From Octopus vulgaris (taxonomy: Eukaryota), in assembly GCA_951406725.2 (NCBI GenBank), contig OX597823.1, positions 101,060,001-101,124,000 on the forward strand: a DNA stretch of 64,000 nucleotides, read 5' to 3'. Of the stretch, positions 52,638 through 64,000 are shown in pieces. Position 1 is the first letter of the stretch. The number at the start of each line of letters is the position of its first letter. The position numbers and the translations under genes are program-made. The notes beneath the pieces were generated by a model. It saw only the letters and a list, made by a program, of their open reading frames with translations. It was not told the origin of the DNA and ran no database searches.

Positions 52638-53368
52638 GTCCCCACCACATATCTGTGTGCAAATAGATGCATAACTGTTACTGTTATGCTTAGAGGTTTA
52701 GAGTTCCACGCAGATTAACATATTCCAGTGTGCTTCCAGTATAGTGGTTAGGTAACTACTATAGTTCGTAGTATTACTAGTTATGAAATACAGGGCAAAT
52801 GTAGGAGAGAATTACGATAAGTACACGCCTATATTATTAGTTCCATTATGGTTGCTTGGAATCCTGCATTGGGTATTCAAAGTGCTTTTGAATACTGAAC
52901 CAGAGCGGATCATGAAAAAACAAGTGGTTGTACGTATTTGTGTGTTTCCACACCTCATCCCACCTTCCAACATATTTCATATGCCCTTATACCATTACTT
53001 TTTCTTGCCTCCTCTTCAACTTTATATCATATCTGTATCTCTATATTTGTGGTTATTCGATGTTTTTGGTACCTATCTACCTTCCTGCCATTCTTCCTCT
53101 TCTCCCTATAATCGTCCCTGTAACACTTTGTGTAAGTGTTTAATGATTATATAAAAAAACCTTCCTGTCCATCTTTGTGACACGTCTTCCTTTATTTTAT
53201 TTCATTAATTTACCATTTTCTGATGACATCTATTACTCTCCCCACAAAATTCATTCCGCAAATTCACTCTTTTCTCTTCATTTCTCGCTCAGCTACGGAA
53301 CGCCAGAGCAACGGAGTCTTATATTCTACATTCTTCCATGGCAAATAGATTTTACAATCTTTCAAAAT

Positions 53369-53454
53369 TTTCTTTCTTTCTTCCTTTCTTTCTTTCTTCC
53401 TTTCTTTCTTTCTTTCTTTCTTTCCTTCCTTCTTTCTTTCTTTCTTCCTTCCAT

Positions 53455-53538
<84 letters not shown>
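53369..53538. repeat. (TTTC)n microsatellite
   Basis: Read directly from the sequence. It produces the KERK/SFFL ORFs. Confidence 0.95.
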
Positions 53539-53540
<2 letters not shown>

Positions 53541-53674
53541 GACGCAGGCCCCTGAACAACATTCACGCATTCAAGGCTATCATAACACATCTTTTGATCA
53601 TCATAATAAAGTAACATTTAATTGTAAATATGGGAATTTTTAATACAGTTCCAAGATTCATGTAACGAATGCCC

Positions 53675-53965
53675 TAGGATGCATCATCAGTGATATCTTC
53701 TGGGGTCTCAGAGGATTCTATGCGTTTTAACATTAGCCCCCTCAGCCAGAGTTGATCAAATCACAGCTGGCTTTCCTTAGTAGCAAATCACCGGTCTGTC
53801 CTCTTTATCCAAAGCCATCAAGTGGCTTTCACTGTAGATTCATTAATGGAATTTATGATCTTCCTCTTTGTTGCACCAGTAACTCCAAACCTAGCGAGAA
53901 CTTTGCAGAATGAAATCCCTACAAAATCCCTTCAATTGCCTCGCAACGCGCCTGCCAGCGCAATT
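53675..53965 (-). mobile_element. HERO-like (restriction-like endonuclease) non-LTR 3' fragment
   Basis: WQARCEAIE..RDFVGISFCKVLARFGVTGATKRKIINSINESTVKAT*WLWIKR. 3' UTR ends GACCCCAG..ATCACTGATGATG. Confidence 0.7.
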
Positions 53966-54301
53966 CAATGAACGTGTTTAAGTTTTGGTCGGACACCAGG
54001 AACCGAAGTGTTAGCACACAAAATGTGGCGGGCAAGATAATTATAGTTAATCGAGACTTTACCATTGTAAAGACAAAACAAAGGGTTAGTAGGGATTAAA
54101 TCCCCAAACAGTATAGGTTGGTGTTTGAGGATGGACGTGGTGAAAACTACTTTCAGTAAACCCCATTGAATACAACATCGAATTAAGTAAAATCTATAAA
54201 AATGTAAAGAAGACGGGTTTGAAGCGTCAAGATAATCCTGGATAATCTGCAGAATCTTACATTTATTCTGCTGTTAGGAGTTACATACACAGACACACAC
54301 T

Positions 54302-54337
<36 letters not shown>

Positions 54338-54347
54338 CATGTACTCA

Positions 54348-54732
54348 TCTCTCTCTATATAAACGGCAGTTTGTCTGTGCGTGTTTCTGTGTGTCTGTTT
54401 TCTCGTACCCTCACCTTGACCACGGCTTTCAACCGATTCTGATGAAACTTGACACACACATAGCCCAATGTCATAATTCAAAACTAACGCAGCGAAAATT
54501 TTGAAAAGTTCCCCCAGTTCTGAAAAAAATCGATAAATTCGACATGGGGTCGAGAATTAGAAACCCAAACCACAGACCGTCTAGGGGACGCAACTCTACC
54601 TTTTTTAACTCTCAAAAAAAATTTACCATCATTTCTTTTCCATTTTTTTGCTATTTTTTGGCTATAACTCTCTAAAAATGCTTTATAGTTATTTCCCTTA
54701 CAAACCTGAGCAACGCCGGGCGATACTGCTAG
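54348..54732 (+). mobile_element. Non-autonomous Helitron
   Basis: A|TC ... GAGCAACGCCGGGCGATACTGCTAG|T. Confidence 0.8.
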
Positions 54733-54900
54733 TATACTAATAAATTGTAATATTGCATTTCGTGTACAGAAAACCACATAATGGAGATATGTTCTTCATG
54801 TACTTCCAAATTCGGATATTTTATCAATACCATTTCCTGCAATAAAATCTCACAATTTTTTTTGTTTTCTTTTTTTTTTTCTTTTTTACTTAATTGCAAA

Positions 54901-55199
54901 TCTTTATATATAAAAGTGAAGTTGTGTATCTGTCCCCTTCGATTTAGATTCCTAACTACTCCCACATTTTGCGGTGCAGTGTAACCAAAAGTGGGTATCT
55001 TATAGTCGTGATTCATATCGAGCCCTTCTGTGTATTACCGTGCGTCGACGATGAGTCTACGATTTAAAAAAAAATTTACCATCGCTTTTTCCCATTTTTA
55101 ATGCATTTTTTTGCTATTATATAAGGGAAGTAACTCTCTAAAAATGCTTATATAGTTATTTCCCTTACAAACCCGAGCAACGCCGGGCGATACTGCTAG
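54901..55199 (+). mobile_element. Non-autonomous Helitron (same 3' end, different 5' part)
   Basis: A|TC ... CCCGAGCAACGCCGGGCGATACTGCTAG|T. Confidence 0.8.
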
Positions 55200-55247
55200 T
55201 GTACTCATACGCACACACATACATAAGGGTACACAAGTATATATATG

Positions 55248-55279
<32 letters not shown>

Positions 55280-55332
55280 TGTATGTATGAATGTATGTAT
55301 GTATGTATGTAATATATATACGTACATATATA

Positions 55333-55390
<58 letters not shown>

Positions 55391-55589
55391 CATATTTGGG
55401 TAGCTTATGAGCAATTTAACAACCTAAAGGAAAATTTATAGACGTCACTAAATTGACAGAGGGTACAAAGTGATACCGGCATTGCTAGAAATAAGAGTCA
55501 AAATGATTCATTAACCACAAATCCTAAAGTGTTGTCACCCCCCCCCCAACGAAAAGTAATAAGAACAATAAAGGAACAAAATAATATTA

Positions 55590-56170
55590 AACACGTGTAC
55601 TGGTTTTAGTATAGTCACTTTCATTGACACTAATACTGTCACATATCGATCGAGAAGGTTTGTATGAACAACATCATTTTCGTGGCACAAAATGATGCGG
55701 CGATATGTCCTGTGTGATATTTTACAAAGCTGTGCTTTGGTGATTGTTGCAAAAGTTGCCGAAACAGCGTCCTTCAGCTGTTGGGTATTCTGGTATCGCT
55801 CTTGGGAAACTTTCTTCTTGATAATACCCAACAGAAAGCTGTCGCAAGACGTGAGATCTGGACTTCTGGAAAGCCAATCGAGAGGTGCTGGAAGTTGGGA
55901 TCCTCGCCCAAAATCCTATGCCGAAAAACTTCATTCAGGTAGTCCCTGACATTGATGGCAAAGTGGGGTGGGGTACCATCTTGTTGAAATCAACAATAAT
56001 TCAAATCCACATTCAAACTCTGGAGCAGAGGAACAAACCATTCCCTTAATACGGCAAGGTAAGAGTGCTGGTTAACAGGGCCTTCGAAGAAATAGGGTCC
56101 TATCAAGTACTTAAGTCGATATAGCGGCCCAAATCATTACATGCGGAGGGTTGTACTCCAGTTCTTCGTA
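55590..56170 (-). mobile_element. Tc1/mariner (rosa/DD41D-related) transposase fragment
   Basis: GPYFFEGPVNQHSYL..FQQDGTPPHFAINVRDYLNEVF..DWLSRSPDLTSCDSFLLGIIKKKV..RRIILCHENDVVH. Confidence 0.85.
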
Positions 56171-56697
56171 ATAGAGCTGATATATGGATTTAAAGACTCA
56201 CATGAAAAGCAGTAATTTTTAATTTTTAATTTATAGCCATGATAAGATGGCTTCTATACTTTACATTATCGAGCGATTACTGTTTTAATCTCATTCTGAG
56301 ATTTAATTATGCTTACTGTTCGTTTTTCGACATCAGTGGCAGACGCCATTAGAAAAACTTATATATGATTTGCAAAGAAGCCTTCACTTTCATCGCTACC
56401 TGGTGGTTACCGCCCGTTGACGAGGGACAAAAATCCCGAAACTAGTTCGAGCGTATCACTCAGGCTTGCGAGGAAGGGATGGCCTCCCTTTGCAAATACT
56501 CCAAGGACACTGATATTGTGTCTAAAGCCAGCTTGAGACGAAGATCTCTTGGGGCTATAAAGCTACAGTAACACCCCCTCACCAATGTGGTTAGCCATGA
56601 TAAGATGGCTTCTATACTTTACACTATTTTATAGTTTTACTTCAAATTAAAAAAACCACAACCTACTATTCGATATGTTATACAGAATTCAAATTTT

Positions 56698-56790
56698 ATA
56701 TCTCTGAAGAGCAGAAGCGTTGTGTATAAATGCTTATCAATATAGGATTTAATTATAGGGATAAGTCTTCTGTGAAACGATCGTAAAATG
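56698..56790 (+). ncRNA. Hammerhead-like motif with a long stem-II loop in a PLE-like AT-rich remnant
   Basis: CTGAAGA-gcagaag..cttctgt-GAAA-CGATCG-TA. Stem I is imperfect. Confidence 0.55.
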
Positions 56791-57135
56791 CTTTAAATAA
56801 TTAATTCAAAACTTTTAAACTGTAATATATTATATATATTTATGCTTATACATATTTAGATATATTCTTATACATATTTATATTTATTTATCTATATATT
56901 TTCAATACAATTATTTTCACACGTGTATATCTTTCTGAGGAGTTTTGATATTGATTTCCTAATATTAATAATAATATATTATTAAAAAAATATATATATA
57001 AATATAATTGCTCGTATTATATATATACTTTAATAGTATTAATACTTTGATACAATAGAGCACTCAATACAAATTCAGTATATAATATTCTCATTGAATA
57101 TATTTAACTAAAGATTTATATTATATACATATACA

Positions 57136-58319
57136 CAGGGTAAGGTATTTGAGGACATACCATTTTTGAGTCATTGCAACGTTTTGCTAACTCTGTTTCA
57201 GAAAATAATAACGCAGACTCTCAGCTTACTCAAGAAATGAAGAGGCACGCTGTTATTGTGATTTTAAAGGCTGAGCATAGGGATTTAGAAATATCGCGAG
57301 TTGTAAAAGTTCTCAGACTTTTGTCTACAAAGTTTGTAAGGAGCTAGAGACTGAAGATGGAAACGTATCATCAGTCTCAAAGCATAAAAAGCATTCTAAA
57401 CGCCCTGAAATCATTAGAATACCCAATTTATGCAGCAAGTTCAACAGATCATTGATTACAATCCCAGAAAGTCCGTCCACGAGGTCAATTGCAAAAGATC
57501 TCCATGTGTCAGAAGGAACAGTCAGAAATGTTGTCTACGAAGTCATCAGATATAAGTCTTATATGATGAGGATATTTTACCGAAAAAGCGAAAGGAAATC
57601 CCTACATCAGATCTAAAAGGCTCTTAAGCAAACTGAAAAATCCAGCAGAAGATTTGATTTGATTTTTCTCAAACGAGAAAAATTTCGACCAAGATCAATA
57701 AGTTAACAAAAGAAATGACAGATGGTTATGTGCAGACACTTCTGAAGTTCCAAGTGTTATGCATACAAAATTTCCTGCAAGTGTCATGGTTTTAGGGATT
57801 GTCTGCAATGAAGGACATGCGATGCCACCTTACCTCTTTCCACAAGGACTTAGAGTCAACTCTGCCACCTATATTGAGGTCCTGGAAATAATTGTTAAGA
57901 CAGGGTATGCAATGGAAGGCCATATGTGTTTCAGTAAGACTCTGCACTATCACACATTGCACTAGTAACACAAGAATGGATGGCTGAAAATTTTCATGAT
58001 CACATAAACCCTAACATATGGCCTCCTAATTCCTCAGATCTCAATCCATTGGACTATTACATGTGAAGTGTTGTTGAGAGAGAGGCCAATAAACACGCCC
58101 ATAACACTAAAGATTCTCTGAAAGCCGCCATAGTCAGAGTAATCTCCCAAATGAACCAGGACCACATGATTCGAGCATGTAGATGATTTAGATCTCAAGC
58201 CGAAGATGGCGTTATTGAATATCCTCATAGCAGTTTTGGAAAAATAAATTTATCTGTTATTATACAGCTGTTTCTTTTTTATAAACACAAATCTGTCCTC
58301 AGATATCTTACACACCCTG
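57136..58319 (+). mobile_element. Near full-length maT (DD37D) transposon with pseudo-transposase
   Basis: TIRs CAGGG(TGTG)TAAG.TAT.TGAGGACA. FFSNEKNF, TKFPASVMVLGIV, D-x37-D (DSALSH...WPPNSSDLNPLDY). Confidence 0.9.
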
Positions 58320-58324
58320 TATAA

Positions 58325-58405
<81 letters not shown>

Positions 58406-58762
58406 TACAAAGCCGACAATTGTTTCTGTTGTTAACCTATTTAGATATAGAAAATATCATTCAAATGAAAATTTCCTAAAATTCTTATCAACACAACGTT
58501 TTCATGGCAATGCAAAACTAGAAAGGCGAATTCTTCAAATGAAGATATGATTTCATCCATACGTATTTTTGTTGTCTAATACTCTGAATTTCTCGAAATT
58601 CTTGAAAATAACGTTTGGATACACTTGTTATGCATGAGGAATTACCTTAAATATGTTTTCTAGTTGCATTTACTGGCATCTGATTGTTGGACAGAGTTAA
58701 TCAAATTCGTTTAAAACTAAGTACTTTATTTATATCTACCTGGATTTTAAAATCCCTTTTCT

Positions 58763-58836
<74 letters not shown>

Positions 58837-58986
58837 TATATATATATATACATACACATATATACACACACACAGCTAGTGAGTTGGAGGCATCTGTCGA
58901 AAGCTACAACAATACGAGGAAGCACATTGTAACCAGCAGTCTATGACAACATCCAACTGTCTGGTCGCTATAGTGATACAGTACAA

Positions 58987-59029
<43 letters not shown>

Positions 59030-59189
59030 CCACTGTACTGTATCACTAATATAGTGATAATTCTAAATAGTAAAAAACATATTTAAGTACTATATCCTCA
59101 CTAGGCCAGCACTAAATAATATTATAAATTACACTGCATTTATTATTTATAACCACCCATACTAAAAATGCAATCATATATATATATAT

Positions 59190-59428
59190 ATGTATGTGTG
59201 TGTTTGTTATTGGTGTCTGTGTTTGCCCCCTCCCCTCACAATCACTTGATAACCAATGTTGGTGTATTTACGTCCTCGTAACTTAGCGGTTCGACAAAAA
59301 CACCGATAGAATAAGTACTAGGCTTACAAAGAATAAATCCTGGGGTCGATTTGTTCGACTAAAAGTGATACTCCAGCATGGCCGCAGTCAAATAACTGAA
59401 GCAAGTACAAGAATAAAGGAATAAAAGA

Positions 59429-59430
<2 letters not shown>
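59190..59430 (+). mobile_element. SINE family B, 3' half
   Basis: Collinear with 29350-29550. Confidence 0.8.
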
Positions 59431-59460
<30 letters not shown>

Positions 59461-59509
59461 TCATGAACATGCATATGGGTGCATGAATTCATATGCATAT
59501 TAGTAACAT

Positions 59510-60050
59510 AACCGCCGAGAAATTGATGGGAGACTTAGAGAATAATTCCAATTTAAAATCAAACACCCAGAATGGTAATAATAAAACTTTTAACAATATA
59601 GTGACTAAATTTATGGAAATAATCCTCCAGAAAGACACTAACAGATTCATCACGCATGGTTTTTACTAAAGTCACAAATAAATGACATATTCAAACAGGC
59701 ATAGAAAATGTCGGTGGTATATTGCCTAGATTCTCTTCCTCATACGGAATATTTGATAATGAAATTCACATAATAATATATAACACTCTTCAACAACGAA
59801 TATCCTATTCAAGTCATAGCACAAATGCGATGCAACCAACACATCAGACACAAGTGTATTAAAAATAAAGAAGCCACATATAAAGTCTACTATAGGAATA
59901 AAATTGATACTCTCCATAGTATAAAGGAACCCATCATCAAAAACCTCATAAAATGGAACAAATGCATTACATCAAGCCATAATCTAGTACTAATAATATA
60001 CTATAAAACGCTAAAATAAAATTCTCCTTATCGAAAACAAGCTAGAATTA
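59510..60050 (+). mobile_element. Highly decayed PLE RT C-terminal/linker fragment
   Basis: Remnants such as TNRFITH.FTK and YKVYYRNK..LVLIIYYKTLK. Many stops. Confidence 0.4.
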
Positions 60051-60509
60051 TGTAAAATCGTGATTGTATGTCATCTATAAATTCGATTGTAGGCACGAAA
60101 GTTATAAACTTCACGACTCCAACTGATGTATCGACCGATTACTACATTTTTCTGCCACATCTCCATGCACTTACATCAAAGAGCAACTTAATCCGCTACA
60201 CCACAACACAACACAAAACTAGATAGAAAATATAAGTTAATTGGTCATCTATAATCTACAGATATCCCCACAAAAATAGACAATTAATAATGGAAGAAAT
60301 AATTCTAAAATCCGGCAAAATATTTAAATAAAGATAGAGACAATATACACTCATCACAAACAAAAATAAACACCTGATTGATGACGTAATAAATCTAACG
60401 GTCAAAATACAAATTCAGGCGGGAATGTCTGCACCAAACACATTATCCCTGCCAATCAAAAAGACAAAACTAGAGAACTATCGTGTTTCCAACACACACA
60501 CACACACAC

Positions 60510-60567
<58 letters not shown>

Positions 60568-60783
60568 ACATGCATACATACACACACGATGTACTACATC
60601 GGTTCCTAGATACGTTCCTAAAACATGCGGCGCCAAACGGGACCCTTATGATATAAAATAGAGTTACGTGAGTGATACGCTATTTTTGAAAGTAATAAAA
60701 CACAAATGAAGGCGACTGACATTGCTAAATGACCGAAAAACCCCAGTCTTACGTTTCAAGTACGTAATAAGATAGCCCAGCCT

Positions 60784-61012
60784 GGCGGCGAGCTGGCAGA
60801 AACGTTAGCACGCCGGACGAAATGTGCAGCCGTATTTCGTCTGCCGTTACGTTCTGAGTTCAAATTCCGCCGAAGTCGACTTTGCCTTTCATCCTTTCGG
60901 GGTCGATAAATTAATATCAGTTACGCACTGGGGTCGATGTAATCGACTTAATCTGTCTGTCTGTCTTTGTTTGTCCCCTCTGTGTTTAGCCCCCTGTGGG
61001 TAGTAAAGAAAT
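60784..61012 (+). mobile_element. SINE family A, full-length, about 19-bp TSD GTAATAAGATAGCYCAGCC
   Basis: Intact head GGCGGCGAGCTGGCAGAA..GAGTTCAAATTCC, CTTTCATCCTTTCGGGGTCGATAAA core, flanking direct repeat. Confidence 0.92.
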
Positions 61013-61654
61013 AGTAATAAGATAGCTCAGCCCAATGTATCGTAAAGGAGCTGATGCAATTAGAAAACAGGCTTAATTAATCAAGATGGGAATACATCAT
61101 TAAACAATGAAGCAGGTTCGATTAATCAACTTGAATCTTAAGTACACACACCTATTTACTATTACTTACCAGTTTAACTTATCAGTTAAAATGTTTTACA
61201 TCAGCGCTCCCAGTCAGAAGCAGTCTTAGTAAAGAGGTCTGTGGTGTTTCATGAATTTTGTGATATATTTTCCTTAGAAATTTAGTAAAAAAAATTTTTT
61301 GGGCGATACAGTATGCTTTTTATAAAGTCATGCTAGGTACGTTGCTCCCAACGATTGTTCGGACGGTTGATGTGGAAAAGTTCGCTATCTTCCAGTCGTT
61401 TCAATATCTCGTGTGATGATTTTTTATTTGCACCTTAGATGAACTTCGACCTTTTGGGTTTGTAGGCCGTTTGCCCACTCACAATGGGCAAAAAAGAAAA
61501 AAAAACAAACTTGTGCGAAGTATCTGGATATATGTGTGAGTATGCATGATTATGAATCCTAGTCTCTTACATGTCGCATAGTCTCTTACCTCGGCAAAGC
61601 GTGACATCGAAAATGTGAATATGGAAGGAGAGAGCGGTTGCACTAGAATTCGGG

Positions 61655-61800
61655 TGATACTCATTTTCGGCTATGCAGACAGGAGCAATGCGAAATAAAG
61701 TGCCTTTCTCGAAAACACGACGCGCCGGCTGGTAAAGGAACAGAGCACAAGATCTTTTGATCGAGATCCCAACACTCTAACCACCAGGCTACGCGCCTTC
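61655..61800 (-). mobile_element. tRNA-derived SINE head, third family (related remnants at about 16545-16680 + and 19490-19612 -)
   Basis: GGCGCGTAGCCTGGTGGTTAG A-box head continuing into a non-tRNA body (GCACTTTATTTC..AAAATGAGTA). Confidence 0.55.
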
Positions 61801-62970
61801 ACGCACAAACACACACACACACAGACGCACACACACACACACACGCACACACACGCACATGCGCGCACACACACATAGACACAGGCACACACACACACAA
61901 ACAGACACACAGAGTATTGAAGACTATTTCTTATCTATTCTGCAGAATATAATGTATTGGAGCGCGAGTAGCTGTAGGACGATAAGTCCAAGTTGAGTAA
62001 ATTACCAAAGTATTTCAGTCCCTCAACCTCTATGCCAGCATACAATTATTTGACAGGATAGACTGCACAAGAATTTTCAAGTATGCGCACATTTGAAGAA
62101 TATCCACATCTGGCACCTAATTCCGTATACGTTTTCTTCTCAAACATTTTCCTCCTCCACACTTCTTCTATACTTTTCTTCGTCCGAAACGTTAAAACTT
62201 TTCCCCGTCTTTTTAAGCGTCAGACTAACACAACATTTGTTAAAACTTGTCTCTACCGTATTATCTTCTTTATGTGCTCCTTGCCTTCTTACACACACAC
62301 ACGGCGTACGCGCGCAGACACACACGCACATACACATACACACATACACACACAACATACACACATCTGTCACATTGTCTTTCTAGCTGTGTTACATATT
62401 TGCTGACAATATATTAAGTGTCTGCCTTTACATAATCTATCATTCTCTGTACTTATTATCTTCTTCCCGCTTATTCTTCATGATAATTCAACAAATCGCA
62501 AAATCTTTGTCATATTCATTCAAATATTCTTTTCACAATGGAGAGTTCACAGTCTTCTATATGTATGCTTCCTTTCTCAGACGCTGTGACTGTTTTATCA
62601 CGACGCTTTCGCCAGTGAAAAATTGGTCATAAAATTCCTTTCAATGATATAAAACCAAATTAATACCTCCGAGTGTAAAAACTCGCAAACACTCCATCAT
62701 TTACAAAGTGACACTTCAGTAGTCATGCTTAGAATTTTCAATTAAACTGTTAATGTGGTTTCATTGTTCTTGTACAACACTGATACAGACAATATGCCAA
62801 TAGAAGACGTGTGTATAGAGAGAGTTTTACACCCCCCACATACACACATGCACATACACAAACATACACATACACATACACACTGTATTGCTTATATATT
62901 GTATATTCATTATTAATTTTAAAGGACTTACTCGTGAGATATGTACTGTTGCAAAAACAGGCACATACAT

Positions 62971-63172
62971 ATACACACATGCACACAGACACACACATCT
63001 TACATGCATACACAGTCATACAAATACAGTTACATATCACACAGAACGACAAAAACATATAACACAGAACGACATATACACACATGCACACAAACACACA
63101 CATCTTACATGCATACACATGCATACACAGTCATACAAATACAGTTACATATCACACAGAACGACAAAAACA
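62971..63172. repeat. Tandem duplication of about 100 bp in CA-rich low-complexity DNA
   Basis: CATCTTACATGCATACACA..GTCATACAAATACAGTTACATATCACACAGAACGACAAAAACA occurs twice. Confidence 0.85.
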
Positions 63173-63699
63173 CTCACAAACATACACACACACATTTATG
63201 TGGGGCCAACGAGGAAGCCTCTATGTGATCTCTCGACCTTCTAGGAATAGCAGCCGAATCTTATGCTAGTGAAACATTGCATCTTTTGTAAAAATGTCCA
63301 TTGGATAATGTGGCTTCAGATACACTGTGAACGAATGTATGATGGGATGGTCATGGCTGGAGTGCCTCAGACTATATTGTCTGCTTAATCAGATATAACT
63401 TTGAGATAAACAACAACAATGGCAGCAAATACCGTCAAACGCAGACGGATTGTATTTGTGTGTGTACTATACATGCATACATACATATATGCATGTATAT
63501 ATATATATATATATATATATTTGTTTTGTCCTTTGGAACGCGCGTATGTATTGAAACCTATTTTGTATTAAATCTAATTCTGAGTCAACATCCTTTTCTC
63601 CTCCATTTTCTATAATTGTTGATGGTATATTTATACCTGTAACGATATTTTTCAATATATAAATACATACATACATACATACATACATACATACATACA

Positions 63700-63735
<36 letters not shown>

Positions 63736-64000
63736 TATATATGAATAAATGAAAGAATGGAGTCGAACGAAGATGTTAACAAAATTCCTTTACTCACGAC
63801 ATATATTTCGAAGACAGCATGTTTTCATTCCAAAGGAATAAAGGGTGCATTATGCAATCTTCTCATCAGGAAAGAAAGGGAGCCTCTCTCGACAACAAGA
63901 CAAACAAAAATTTCGATGATTGCCTACATGGTAAACAAAGCGATAATGAGTGCTTTTTTAAAAAAAATCCGTTAGAAGAATTGACGTCAAAGTTAGATAG

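Noticed and set aside
60784-60870. tRNA-like A/B boxes here and at other SINE heads
   Set aside because: No cloverleaf or terminator. They continue into SINE bodies with TSDs.

Overview
AT-rich animal genomic DNA, dense in microsatellites and transposons. The SINE families resemble those described from Octopus, so an octopod is inferred, not proven. There is one 100-N gap at 6630-6729. The left half (about 1-32.3 kb) is the CpG-depleted, intron-dominated body of a minus-strand spliced gene that I cannot name. Its exons join in frame: a 5-nt start exon ATGAG|GTAAGT at 32104-32100, then 12604-12449, 12115-11955 and probably 11639-11552. The right half keeps its CpGs and is a transposon graveyard: several Penelope-like retroelements (PLEs) with type I hammerhead-ribozyme motifs, a MULE fragment, DD37D, DD45D-like and mariner remnants, HERO and Tx1-like LINE 3' ends, and Helitrons. 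A DD36E Tc1-type element lies in the gene's first intron. The most notable items are: (i) a 7.6-kb head-to-tail Helitron array with A-B-A-B higher-order structure; (ii) a set of PLE hammerheads with palindromic stem III, long stem-II loops and a recurrent U4C core variant; (iii) a SINE that shares its 3' tail with a Tx1-like LINE sitting in (GATA)n; (iv) the unnamed gene, which has an odd splice acceptor. Almost all ORFs in the supplied track are microsatellite or TE artefacts. No database search was possible, so family names come from motif recognition only.
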